Part shown: piece after piece, positions 37,101 to 52,100 of the stretch | Numbering within the stretch: position 1 is the first letter of the stretch | Layout: each line of letters begins with the position of its first letter | Assembly: GCA_051362555.1 (NCBI GenBank) | Contig: CM120646.1 | Coordinates: forward strand, 5,580,001-5,644,000 | Direction: 5' to 3' | Length of the DNA stretch: 64,000 nt | Source: Lingula anatina | Taxonomy: Eukaryota > Animalia > Brachiopoda | Made by a program: the position numbers and the translations under genes | Notes under the pieces: generated by a model | What the model was told of the DNA's origin: nothing | Seen by the model: only the letters and a program-made list of their open reading frames with translations | Database searches by the model: none

Positions 37101-40100
37101 CTGTTCAGTGGGAAAAACCTCAAATAATGTGAAGAAATAGATGCAGATGGAAAACAAATTTGGTCATGATGTAAAATTGGCAGAAGATTGTGGCTGTGAA
37201 ACTGACCAGTCACAATTTGATGTCAACATTACAACATGGTCAAGACAGCGTGAAAATACAAGTGAAGACGAATCGAATGATGTTAAGAATTTGACACACG
37301 TTGGGAAAGATTATTTTAGGCCATGATGTAGAATTGGCAGAAGATTGTGGCTGTAAAACTGATCAGTTGCAATTTCATGTCAATACTACACCAAAGTCCA
37401 GTCAACAGCTTTGTTTGGTTTGTTGTAGGATTAAACATTGTAAGATGATTAGTTTACAGGTAGACAAGATAAAATCTTGATTGCAATCATAGCTGAGAAG
37501 TCACCTGTGGAAAGTCTACTACTTGGGCTGTGACAACTGTACACATGACACATGAATAGAACAAGGGTGACACTAAATACAACTGGTAAGAATGGACAGA
37601 CAGAGATAAGACAGCTTGACAGAAGTAAACTTGAATATCTTGACATATTTGACATGGGGGATGAGGTATAAAAGCAACTACACAGTAGAAACCAGACAGA
37701 AAGCTCTTGGATAAGAGCATAAGAACAGTCATGATGTAAGGTGTGCATAAATTTTGGGCCATGATGTAGAATTGGCAGAAGATTGTGGCTGTGAATGTGA
37801 CCAGTCACAATTTTATGTCAACATTACACCATGGTACAGACAGCGTGAAAACACAAGTGAAGAAATATTCAAAGATTCAACCCACTGTATATTTTTGGCA
37901 ATAAAGGAGTGGCTGGGGAATATAACACCAGTGCTTCTTTTTGTCAAACCTGTTCAGTGGGAAAAACCTCAAATAATGTGAAGAAATAGATGTAGATGGA
38001 AAACAAATTTGGTCATGATGTAAAATTGGCAGAAGATTGTGGCTGTGAAACTGACCAGTCACAATTTGATGTCAACATTACAACATGGTCAAGACAGCGT
38101 GAAAATACAAGTGAAGACGAATCGAATGATGTTAAGAATTTGACACGCGTTGGGAAAGATTATTTTAGGCCATGATGTAGAATTGGCAGAAGATTGTGGC
38201 TGTAAAACTGATCAGTCACAATTTTATGTCAACATTACACCATGGTACAGACAGCGTGAAAACACAAGTGAAGAAATATTCGAAGATTCAACCCACTGTA
38301 TATTTTTGGCAATAAAGGAGTGGCTGGGGAATATAACACCAGTGCTTCTTTTTGTCAAACCTGTTCAGTGGGTAAAACCTCAAATAATGTGAAGAAATAG
38401 ATGCAGATGGGATTAAAATTGGCCATGATGTAGAATTGGCAGAAGATTGTGGCTGTGAAACTGACCAGTCACAATTTTATGTCAACATTACACCATGGTA
38501 CAGACAGCGTGAAAACACAAGTGAAGAAATATTCGAAGATTCAACCCACTGTATATTTTTGGCAATAAAGGAGTGGCTGGGGAATATAACACCAGTGCTT
38601 CTTTTTGTCAAACCTGTTCAGTGGGAAAAACCTCAAATAATGTGAAGAAATAGATGTAGATGGAAAACAAATTTGGTCATGATGTAAAATTGGCAGAAGA
38701 TTGTGGCTGTGAAACTGACCAGTCACAATTTGATGTCAACATTACAACATGGTCAAGACAGCGTGAAAATACAAGTGAAGACGAATCGAATGATGTTAAG
38801 AATTTGACACGCGTTGGGAAAGATTATTTTAGGCCATGATGTAGAATTGGCAGAAGATTGTGGCTGTAAAACTGATCAGTCACAATTTTATGTCAACATT
38901 ACACCATGGTACAGACAGCGTGAAAACACAAGTGAAGAAATATTCGAAGATTCAACCCACTGTATATTTTTGGCAATAAAGGAGTGGCTGGGGAATATAA
39001 CACCAGTGCTTCTTTTTGTCAAACCTGTTCAGTGGGAAAAACCTCAAATAATGTGAAGAAATAGATGCAGATGGAAAACAAATTTGGTCATGATGTAAAA
39101 TTGGCAGAAGATTGTGGCTGTGAAACTGACCAGTCACAATTTGATGTCAACATTACAACATGGTCAAGACAGCGTGAAAATACAAGTGAAGACGAATCGA
39201 ATGATGTTAAGAATTTGACACACGTTGGGAAAGATTATTTTAGGCCATGATGTAGAATTGGCAGAAGATTGTGGCTGTAAAACTGATCAGTTGCAATTTC
39301 ATGTCAATACTACACCAAAGTCCAGTCAACAGCTTTGTTTGGTTTGTTGTAGGATTAAACATTGTAAGATGATTAGTTTACAGGTAGACAAGATAAAATC
39401 TTGATTGCAATCATAGCTGAGAAGTCACCTGTGGAAAGTCTACTACTTGGGCTGTGACAACTGTACACATGACACATGAATAGAACAAGGGTGACACTAA
39501 ATACAACTGGTAAGAATGGACAGACAGAGATAAGACAGCTTGACAGAAGTAAACTTGAATATCTTGACATATTTGGCATGGGGGATGAGGTATAAAAGCA
39601 ACTACACAGTAGAAACCAGACAGAAAGCTCTAGGATAAGAGCATAAGAACAGTCATGATGTAAGGTGTGCATAAATTTTGGGCCATGATGTAGAATTGGC
39701 AGAAGATTGTGGCTGTGAATGTGACCAGTCACAATTTTATGTCAACATTACACCATGGTACAGACAGCGTGAAAACACAAGTGAAGAAATATTCAAAGAT
39801 TCAACCCACTGTATATTTTTGGCAATAAAGGAGTGGCTGGGGAATATAACACCAGTGCTTCTTTTTGTCAAACCTGTTCAGTGGGAAAAACGTCAAATAA
39901 TGTGAAGAAATAGATGCAGATGGGATAAAAATTGGCCATGATGTAGAATTGGCAGAAGATTGTGGCTGTGAATGTGATCAGTCGCAATTTTAAGTCAACA
40001 TTACAACATGGTACAGACGGCGTTAAAAACAGTAGTGAAGAAATGTACGAAGAAGATTCAACCCACTGTATATTTTTGGCAATAAAGGAGTGGCTGGGGA

Positions 40101-43100
40101 ATATAACACCAGTGCTTCTTTTTGTCAAACCTGTTCAGTGGGTAAAACCTCAAATAATGTGAAGAAATAGATGCAGATGGGATTAAAATTGGCCATGATG
40201 TAGAATTGGCAGAAGATTGTGGCTGTGAAACTGACCAGTCACAATTTTATGTCAACATTACACCATGGTACAGACAGCGTGAAAACACAAGTGAAGAAAT
40301 ATTCGAAGATTCAACCCACTGTATATTTTTGGCAATAAAGGAGTGGCTGGGGAATATAACACCAGTGCTTCTTTTTGTCAAACCTGTTCAGTGGGAAAAA
40401 CCTCAAATAATATGAAGAAATTGATGCAGATGGAAAACAAATTTGGTCATGATGTAAAATTGGCAGAAGATTGTGGCTGTGAATGTGTTCAGTCGCAATT
40501 TTAAGTCAACATTACAACATGGTATAGACGGCATGAAAACAGAAGTGAAGAAATGTACGAAGAAGATTTAACCCACTGTATATTTTTGGCAATAAAGGAG
40601 TGGCTGGGGAATATAACACCAGTGCTTCTTTTTGTCAAACCTGTTCAGTGGGTAAAACCTCAAATAATGTGAAGAAATAGATGCAGATGGGATTAAAATT
40701 GGCCATGATGTAGAATTGGCAGAAGATTGTGGCTGTGAAACTGACCAGTCACAATTTTATGTCAACATTACACCATGGTACAGACAGCGTGAAAACACAA
40801 GTGAAGAAATATTCGAAGATTCAACCCACTGTATATTTTTGGCAATAAAGGAGTGGCTGGGGAATATAACACCAGTGCTTCTTTTTGTCAAACCTGTTCA
40901 GTGGGAAAAACCTCAAATAATGTGAAGAAATAGATGCAGATGGAAAACAAATTTGGTCATGATGTAAAATTGGCAGAAGATTGTGGCTGTGAAACTGACC
41001 AGTCACAATTTGATGTCAACATTACAACATGGTCAAGACAGCGTGAAAATACAAGTGAAGACGAATCGAATGATGTTAAGAATTTGACACACGTTGGGAA
41101 AGATTATTTTAGGCCATGATGTAGAATTGGCAGAAGATTGTGGCTGTAAAACTGATCAGTTGCAATTTCATGTCAATACTACACCAAAGTCCAGTCAACA
41201 GCTTTGTTTGGTTTGTTGTAGGATTAAACATTGTAAGATGATTAGTTTACAGGTAGACAAGATAAAATCTTGATTGCAATCATAGCTGAGAAGTCACCTG
41301 TGGAAAGTCTACTACTTGGGCTGTGACAACTGTACACATGACACATGAATAGAACAAGGGTGACACTAAATACAACTGGTAAGAATGGACAGACAGAGAT
41401 AAGACAGCTTGACAGAAGTAAACTTGAATATCTTGACATATTTGACATGGGGGATGAGGTATAAAAGCAACTACACAGTAGAAACCAGACAGAAAGCTCT
41501 TGGATAAGAGCATAAGAACAGTCATGATGTAAGGTGTGCATAAATTTTGGGCCATGATGTAGAATTGGCAGAAGATTGTGGCTGTGAATGTGACCAGTCA
41601 CAATTTTATGTCAACATTACACCATGGTACAGACAGCGTGAAAACACAAGTGAAGAAATATTCAAAGATTCAACCCACTGTATATTTTTGGCAATAAAGG
41701 AGTGGCTGGGGAATATAACACCAGTGCTTCTTTTTGTCAAACCTGTTCAGTGGGAAAAACCTCAAATAATGTGAAGAAATAGATGTAGATGGAAAACAAA
41801 TTTGGTCATGATGTAAAATTGGCAGAAGATTGTGGCTGTGAAACTGACCAGTCACAATTTGATGTCAACATTACAACATGGTCAAGACAGCGTGAAAATA
41901 CAAGTGAAGACGAATCGAATGATGTTAAGAATTTGACACGCGTTGGGAAAGATTATTTTAGGCCATGATGTAGAATTGGCAGAAGATTGTGGCTGTAAAA
42001 CTGATCAGTCACAATTTTATGTCAACATTACACCATGGTACAGACAGCGTGAAAACACAAGTGAAGAAATATTCGAAGATTCAACCCACTGTATAATTTT
42101 GGCAATAAAGGAGTGGCTGGGGAATATAACACCAGTGCTTCTTTTTGTCAAACCTGTTCAGTGGGAAAAACCTCAAATAATGTGAAGAAATAGATGCAGA
42201 TGGAAAACAAATTTGGTCATGATGTAAAATTGGCAGAAGATTGTGGCTGTGAAACTGACCAGTCACAATTTGATGTCAACATTACAACATGGTCAAGACA
42301 GCGTGAAAATACAAGTGAAGACGAATCAAATGATGTTAAGAATTTGACACACGTTGGGAAAGATTATTTTAGGCCATGATGTAGAATTGGCAGAAGATTG
42401 TGGCTGTAAAACTGATCAGTTGCAATTTCATGTCAATACTACACCAAAGTCCAGTCAACAGCTTTGTTTGGTTTGTTGTAGGATTAAACATTGTAAGATG
42501 ATTAGTTTACAGGTAGACAAGATAAAATCTTGATTGCAATCATAGCTGAGAAGTCACCTGTGGAAAGTCTACTACTTGGGCTGTGACAACTGTACACATG
42601 ACACATGAATAGAACAAGGGTGACACTAAATACAACTGGTAAGAATGGACAGACAGAGATAAGACAGCTTGACAGAAGTAAACTTGAATATCTTGACATA
42701 TTTGACATGGGGGATGAGGTATAAAAGCAACTACACAGTAGAAACCAGACAGAAAGCTCTAGGATAAGAGCATAAGAACAGTCATGATGTAAGGTGTGCA
42801 TAAATTTTGGGCCATGATGTAGAATTAGCAGAAGATTGTGGCTGTGAATGTGACAAGTCACAATTTTATGTCAACATTACACCATGGTACAGACAGCGTG
42901 AAAACACAAGTGAAGAAATATTCAAAGATTCAACCCACTGTATATTTTTGGCAATAAAGGAGTGGCTGGGGAATATAACACCAGTGCTTCTTTTTGTCAA
43001 ACCTGTTCAGTGGGAAAAAAATCAAATAATGTGAAGAAATAGATGCAGATGGGATAAAAATTGGCCATGATGTAGAATTGGCAGAAGATTGTGGCTGTGA

Positions 43101-46100
43101 ATGTGATCAGTCGCAATTTTAAGTCAACATTACAACATGGTACAGACGGCGTTAAAAACAGTAGTGAAGAAATGTACGAAGAAGATTCAACCCACTGTAT
43201 ATTTTTGGCAATAAAGGAGTGGCTGGGGAATATAACACCAGTGCTTCTTTTTGTCAAACCTGTTCAGTGGGTAAAACCTCAAATAATGTGAAGAAATAGA
43301 TGCAGATGGGATTAAAATTGGCCATGATGTAGAATTGGCAGAAGATTGTGGCTGTGAAACTGACCAGTCACAATTTTATGTCAACATTACACCATGGTAC
43401 AGACAGCGTGAAAACACAAGTGAAGAAATATTCGAAGATTCAACCCACTGTATATTTTTGGCAATAAAGGAGTGGCTGGGGAATATAACACCAGTGCTTC
43501 TTTTTGTCAAACCTGTTCAGTGGGAAAAACCTCAAATAATGTGAAGAAATAGATGCAGATGGAAAACAAATTTGGTCATGATGTAAAATTGGCAGAAGAT
43601 TGTGGCTGTGAAACTGACCAGTCACAATTTGATGTCAACATTACAACATGGTCAAGACAGCGTGAAAATACAAGTGAAGACGAATCGAATGATGTTAAGA
43701 ATTTGACACACGTTGGGAAAGATTATTTTAGGCCATGATGTAGAATTGGCAGAAGATTGTGGCTGTAAAACTGATCAGTTGCAATTTCATGTCAATACTA
43801 CACCAAAGTCCAGTCAACAGCTTTGTTTGGTTTGTTGTAGGATTAAACATTGTAAGATGATTAGTTTACAGGTAGACAAGATAAAATCTTGATTGCAATC
43901 ATAGCTGAGAAGTCACCTGTGGAAAGTCTACTACTTGGGCTGTGACAACTGTACACATGACACATGAATAGAACAAGGGTGACACTAAATACAACTGGTA
44001 AGAATGGACAGACAGAGATAAGACAGCTTGACAGAAGTAAACTTGAATATCTTGACATATTTGACATGGGGGATGAGGTATAAAAGCAACTACACAGTAG
44101 AAACCAGACAGAAAGCTCTTGGATAAGAGCATAAGAACAGTCATGATGTAAGGTGTGCATAAATTTTGGGCCATGATGTAGAATTGGCAGAAGATTGTGG
44201 CTGTGAATGTGACCAGTCACAATTTTATGTCAACATTACACCATGGTACAGACAGCGTGAAAACACAAGTGAAGAAATATTCAAAGATTCAACCCACTGT
44301 ATATTTTTGGCAATTAAGGAGTGGCTGGGGAATATAACACCAGTGCTTCTTTTTGTCAAACCTGTTCAGTGGGAAAAACCTCAAATAATGTGAAGAAATA
44401 GATGCAGATGGGATAAAAATTGGCATTGATGTTGAATTGGCAGAAGATTGTGGCTGTGAATGTGATCAGTCGCAATTTTAAGTCAACATTACAACATGGT
44501 ACAGACGGCGTTAAAAACAGAAGTGAAGAAATGTACGAAGAAGATTTAACCCACTGTATATTTTTGGCAATAAAGGAGTGGCTGGGGAATATAACACCAG
44601 TACTTCTTTTTGTCAAACCTGTTCAGTGGGAAAAACCTCAAATAATATGAAGAAATTGATGCAGATGGAAAATAAATTTGGTCATGATGTAAAATTGGCA
44701 GAAGATTGTGGCTGTGAATGTGATCAGTCGCAATTTAAGTCAACATTACAACATGGTATAGACGGCGTGAAAACAGAAGTGAAGAAATGTACGAAGAAGA
44801 TTTAACCCACTGTATATTTTTGGCAATAAAGGAGTGGCTGGGGAATATAACACCAGTGCTTCTTTTTGTCAAACCTGTTCAGTGGGAAAAACCTCAAATA
44901 ATATGAAGAAATTGATGCAGATGGGATAAAAATTGGCCATGATGTAGAATTGGCAGAAGATTGTGGCTGTGAATGTGATCAGTCGCAATTTTAAGTCAAC
45001 ATTACAACATGGTACAGACGGCGTTAAAAACCGAAGTGAAGAAATGTACGAAGAAGATTTAACCCACTGTATATTTTTGGCAATAAAGGAGTGGCTGGGG
45101 AATATAACACCAGTGCTTCTTTTTGTCAAACCTGTTCAGTGGGAAAAACCTCAAATAATATGAAGAAATTGATGCAGATGGGATAAAAATTGGCCATGAT
45201 GTAGAATTGGCAGAAGATTGTGGCTGTGAATGTGATCAGTCGCAATTTTAAGTCAACATTACAACATGGTACAGACGGCGTGAAAACAGAAGTGAAGAAA
45301 TGTACAAAGAAGATTCAACCCACTGTATATTTTTGGCAATAAAGGAGTGGCTGGGGAATATAACACCAGTGCTTCTTTTTGTCAAACCTGTTCAGTGGGA
45401 AAAACCTCAAATAATGTGAAGAAATTGATGCAGAAGGGATAAAAATTGGCCATGATGTAGAATTGGCAGAAGATTGTGGCTGTGAATGTGATTAGTCGCA
45501 ATTTTAAGTCAACATTACAACATGGTACAGACGGCGTTAAAAACAGTAGTGAAGAAATGTACGAAGAAGATTCAACCCACTGTATATTTTTGGCAATAAA
45601 GGAGTGGCTGGGGAATATAACACCAGTGCTTCTTTTTGTCAAACCTGTTCAGTGGGAAAAACCTCAAATAATATGAAGAAATTGATGCAGATGGGATAAA
45701 AATTGGCCATGATGTAGAATTGGCAGAAGATTGTGGCTGTGAATGTGATCAGTCGCAATTTTAAGTCAACATTACAACATGGTACAGACGGCGTGAAAAC
45801 AGAAGTGAAGAAATGTACGAAGAAGATTTAACCCCACTGTATATTTTTGGCAATAAAGGAGTGGCTGGGGAATATAACACCAGTGCTTCTTTTTGTCAAA
45901 CCTGTTCAGTGGGAAAAACCTCAAATAATATGAAGAAATTGATGCAGATGGAAAACAAATTTGGTCATGATGTAAAATTGGCAGAAGATTGTGGCTGTGA
46001 ATGTGTTCAGTCGCAATTTTTAGTCAACATTACAACATGGTACAGACAGCGTGAAAACACGAGTGAAGAAATATTCGAAGATTCAACCCACTGTATATTT

Positions 46101-49100
46101 TTGGCAATAAAGGAGTGGCTGGGGAATATAACACCAGTGCTTCTTTTTGTCAAACCTGTTCAGTGGGTAAAACCTCAAATAATGTGAAGAAATAGATGCA
46201 GATGGGATTAAAATTGGCCATGATGTAGAATTGGCAGAAGATTGTGGCTGTGAAACTGACCAGTCACAATTTTATGTCAACATTACACCATGGTACAGAC
46301 AGCGTGAAAACACAAGTGAAGAAATATTCGAAGATTCAACCCACTGTATATTTTTGGCAATAAAGGAGTGGCTGGGGAATATAACACCAGTGCTTCTTTT
46401 TGTCAAACCTGTTCAGTGGGAAAAACCTCAAATAATGTGAAGAAATAGATGCAGATGGAAAACAAATTTGGTCATGATGTAAAATTGGCAGAAGATTGTG
46501 GCTGTGAAACTGACCAGTCACAATTTGATGTCAACATTACAACATGGTCAAGACAGCGTGAAAATACAAGTGAAGACGAATCGAATGATGTTAAGAATTT
46601 GACACGCGTTGGGAAAGATTATTTTAGGCCATGATGTAGAATTGGCAGAAGATTGTGGCTGTAAAACTGATCAGTCACAATTTTATGTCAACATTACACC
46701 ATGGTCAAGACAGCGTGAAAATACAAGTGAAGACGAATCGAATGATGTTAAGAATTTGACACACGTTGGGAAAGATTATTTTAGGCCATGATGTAGAATT
46801 GGCAGAAGATTGTGGCTGTAAAACTGATCAGTTGCAATTTCTGGTCAATACTACACCAAAGTCCAGTCAACAGCTTTGTTTGGTTTGTTGTAGGATTAAA
46901 CATTGTAAGATGATTAGTTTACAGGTAGACAAGATAAAATCTTGATTGCAATCATAGCTGAGAAGTCACCTGTGGAAAGTCTACTACTTGGGCTGTGACA
47001 ACTGTACACATGACACATGAATAGAACAAGGGTGACACTAAATACAACTGGTAAGAATGGACAGACAGAGATAAGACAGCTTGACAGAAGTAAACTTGAA
47101 TATCTTGACATATTTGACATGGGGGATGAGGTATAAAAGCAACTACACAGTAGAAACCAGACAGAAAGCTCTAGGATAAGAGCATAAGAACAGTCATGAT
47201 GTAAGGTGTGCATAAATTTTGGGCCATGATGTAGAATTGGCAGAAGATTGTGGCTGTGAATGTGACCAGTCACAATTTTATGTCAACATTACACCATGGT
47301 ACAGACAGCGTGAAAACACAAGTGAAGAAATATTCAAAGATTCAACCCACTGTACATTTTTGGCAATAAAGGAGTGGCTGGGGAATATAACACCAGTGCT
47401 TCTTTTTGTCAAACCTGTTCAGTGGGAAAAACCTCAAATAATGTGAAGAAATAGATGCAGATGGGATAAAAATTGGCCATGATGTAGAATTGGCAGAAGA
47501 TTGTGGCTGTGAATGTGATCAGTCGCAATTTTAAGTCAACATTACAACATGGTACAGACGGCGTTAAAAACAGTAGTGAAGAAATGTACGAAGAAGATTC
47601 AACCCACTGTATATTTTTGGCAATAAAGGAGTGGCTGAGGAATATAACACCAGTGCTTCTTTTTGTCAAAACTGTTCAGTGGGAAAAACCTCAAATAATA
47701 TGAAGAAATTGATGCAGATGGAAAACAAATTTGGTCATGATGTAAAATTGGCAGAAGATTGTGGCTGTGAATGTGATCAGTCGCAATTTTAAGTCAACAT
47801 TACAACATGGTATAGACGGCGTGAAAACAGAAGTGAAGAAATGTACGAAGAAGATTTAACCCACTGTATATTTTTGGCAATAAAGGAGTGGCTGGGGAAT
47901 ATAACACCAGTGCTTCTTTTTGTCAAACCTGTTCAGTGGGTAAAACCTCAAATAATGTGAAGAAATAGATGCAGATGGGATTAAAATTGGCCATGATGTA
48001 GAATTGGCAGAAGATTGTGGCTGTGAAACTGACCAGTCACAATTTTATGTCAACATTACACCATGGTACAGACAGCGTGAAAACACAAGTGAAGAAATAT
48101 TCGAAGATTCAACCCACTGTATATTTTTGGCAATAAAGGAGTGGCTGGGGAATATAACACCAGTGCTTCTTTTTGTCAAACCTGTTCAGTGGGAAAAACC
48201 TCAAATAATGTGAAGAAATAGATGCAGATGGAAAACAAATTTGGTCATGATGTAAAATTGGCAGAAGATTGTGGCTGTGAAACTGACCAGTCACAATTTG
48301 ATGTCAACATTACAACATGGTCAAGACAGCGTGAAAATACAAGTGAAGACGAATCGAATGATGTTAAGAATTTGACACACGTTGGGAAAGATTATTTTAG
48401 GCCATGATGTAGAATTGGCAGAAGATTGTGGCTGTAAAACTGATCAGTTGCAATTTCATGTCAATACTACACCAAAGTCCAGTCAACAGCTTTGTTTGGT
48501 TTGTTGTAGGATTAAACATTGTAAGATGATTAGTTTACAGGTAGACAAGATAAAATCTTGATTGCAATCATAGCTGAGAAGTCACCTGTGGAAAGTCTAC
48601 TACTTGGGCTGTGACAACTGTACACATGACACATGAATAGAACAAGGGTGACACTAAATACAACTGGTAAGAATGGACAGACAGAGATAAGACAGCTTGA
48701 CAGAAGTAAACTTGAATATCTTGACATATTTGACATGGGGGATGAGGTATAAAAGCAACTACACAGTAGAAACCAGACAGAAAGCTCTTGGATAAGAGCA
48801 TAAGAACAGTCATGATGTAAGGTGTGCATAAATTTTGGGCCATGATGTAGAATTGGCAGAAGATTGTGGCTGTGAATGTGACCAGTCACAATTTTATGTC
48901 AACATTACACCATGGTACAGACAGCGTGAAAACACAAGTGAAGAAATATTCAAAGATTCAACCCACTGTATATTTTTGGCAATAAAGGAGTGGCTGGGGA
49001 ATATAACACCAGTGCTTCTTTTTGTCAAACCTGTTCAGTGGGAAAAACCTCAAATAATGTGAAGAAATTGATGCAGATGGGATAAAAATTGGCCATGATG

Positions 49101-52100
49101 TAGAATTGGCAGAAGATTGTGGCTGTGAATGTGATCAGTCGCAATTTTAAGTCAACATTACAACATGGTACAGACGGCGTTAAAAACAGAAGTGAAGAAA
49201 TGTACGAAGAAGATTTAACCCACTGTATATTTTTGGCAATAAAGGAGTGGCTGGGGAATATAACACCAGTGCTTCTTTTTGTCAAACCTGTTCAGTGGGA
49301 AAAACCTCAAATAATATGAAGAAATTGATGCAGATGGGATAAAAATTGGCCATGATTTAGAATTGGCAGAAGATTGTGGCTGTGAATGTGATCAGTCGCA
49401 ATTTTAAGTCAACATTACAACATGGTACAGACGGCGTGAAAACAGAAGTGAAGAAATGTACGAAGAAGATTTAACCCCACTGTATATTTTTGGCAATAAA
49501 GGAGTGGCTGGGGAATATAACACCAGTGCTTCTTTTTGTCAAACCTGTTCAGTGGGAAAAACCTCAAATAATATGAAGAAATTGATGCAGATGGAAAATA
49601 AATTTGGTCATGATGTAAAATTGGCAGAAGATTGTGGCTGTGAATGTGATCAGTCGCAATTTTAAGTCAACATTACAACATGGTACAGACAGCGTGAAAA
49701 CAGAAGTGAAGAAATGTACGAAGAAGATTTAACCCACTGTATATTTTTGGCAATAAAGGAGTGGCTGGGGAATATAACACCAGTGCTTCTTTTTGTCAAA
49801 CCTGTTCAGTGGGTAAAACCTCAAATAATGTGAAGAAATAGATGCAGATGGGATTAAAATTGGCCATGATGTAGAATTGGCAGAAGATTGTGGCTGTGAA
49901 ACTGACCATTCACAATTTTATGTCAACATTACAACATGGTCAAGACAGCATGAAAATACAAGTGAAGACGAATCGAATGATGTTAAGAATTTGACACACA
50001 TTGGGAAAGATTATTTTAGGCCATGATGTAGAATTGGCAGAAGATTGTGGCTGTAAAACTGATCAGTCACAATTTTATGTCAACATTACACCATGGTACA
50101 GACAGCGTGAAAACACAAGTGAAGAAATATTCGAAGATTCAACCCACTGTATATTTTTGGCAATAAAGGAGTGGCTGGGGAATATAACACCAGTGCTTCT
50201 TTTTGTCAAACCTGTTCAGTGGGAAAAACCTCAAATAATGTGAAGAAATAGATGCAGATGGAAAACAAATTTGGTCATGATGTAAAATTGGCAGAAGATT
50301 GTGGCTGTGAAACTGACCAGTAACAATTTGATGTCAACATTACAACATGGTCAAGACAGCGTGAAAATACAAGTGAAGACGAATCGAATGATGTTAAGAA
50401 TTTGACACACATTGGGAAAGATTATTTTAGGCCATGATGTAGAATTGGCAGAAGATTGTGGCTGTAAAACTGATCAGTCGCAATTGTCAACATTACACCA
50501 TGTCAACATTACACCATGGTACAGACAGCGTGAAAACACAAGTGAAGAAATATTCAAAGATTCAACCCACTGTATATTTTTGGCAATAAAGGAGTGGCTG
50601 GGGAATATAACACCAGTGCTTCTTTTTGTCAAACCTGTTCAGTGGGAAAAACCTCAAATAATGTGAAGAAATAGATGCAGATGGAAAACAAATTTGGTCA
50701 TGATGTAAAATTGGCAGAAGATTGTGGCTGTGAAACTGACCAGTCACAATTTGATGTCAACATTACAACATGGTCAAGACAGCGTGAAAATACAAGTGAA
50801 GACGAATCGAATGATGTTAAGAATTTGACACACGTTGGGAAAGATTATTTTAGGCCATGATGTAGAATTGGCAGAAGATTGTGGCTGTAAAACTGATCAG
50901 TTGCAATTTCATGTCAATACTACACCAAAGTCCAGTCAACAGCTTTGTTTGGTTTGTTGTAGGATTAAACATTGTAAGATGATTAGTTTACAGGTAGACA
51001 AGATAAAATCTTGATTGCAATCATAGCTGAGAAGTCACCTGTGGAAAGTCTACTACTTGGGCTGTGACAACTGTACACATGACACATGAATAGAACAAGG
51101 GTGACACTAAATACAACTGGTAAGAATGGACAGACAGAGATAAGACAGCTTGACAGAAGTAAACTTGAATATCTTGACATATTTGACATGGGGGATGAGG
51201 TATAAAAGCAACTACACAGTAGAAACCAGACAGAAAGCTCTTGGATAAGAGCATAAGAACAGTCATGATGTAAGGTGTGCATAAATTTTGGGCCAGACGG
51301 CGTGAAAACAGAAGTGAAGAAATGTACGAAGAAGATTTAACCCACTGTATATTTTTGGCAATAAAGGAGTGGCTGGGGAATATAACACCAGTGCTTCTTT
51401 TTGTCAAACCTGTTCAGTGGGTAAAACCTCAAATAATGTGAAGAAATAGATGCAGATGGGATTAAAATTGGCCATGATGTAGAATTGGCAGAAGATTGTG
51501 GCTGTGAAACTGACCAGTCACAATTTTATGTCAACATTACACCATGGTACAGACAGCGTGAAAACACAAGTGAAGAAATATTCGAAGATTCAACCCACTG
51601 TATATTTTTGGCAATAAAGGAGTGGCTGGGGAATATAACACCAGTGCTTCTTTTTGTCAAACCTGTTCAGTGGGAAAAACCTCAAATAATGTGAAGAAAT
51701 AGATGCAGATGGGATAAAAATTGGCCATGATGTAGAATTGGCAGAAGATTGTGGCTGTGAATGTGATCAGTCGCAATTTTAAGTCAACATTACAACATGG
51801 TACAGACGGCGTTAAAAACAGTAGTGAAGAAATGTACGAAGAAGATTCAACCCACTGTATATTTTTGGCAATAAAGGAGTGGCTGAGGAATATAACACCA
51901 GTGCTTCTTTTTGTCAAAACTGTTCAGTGGGAAAAACCTCAAATAATATGAAGAAATTGATGCAGATGGAAAATAAATTTGGTCATGATGTAAAATTGGC
52001 AGAAGATTGTGGCTGTGAATGTGATCAGTCGCAATTTTAAGTCAACATTACAACATGGTATAGACGGCGTGAAAACAGAAGTGAAGAAATGTACGAAGAA

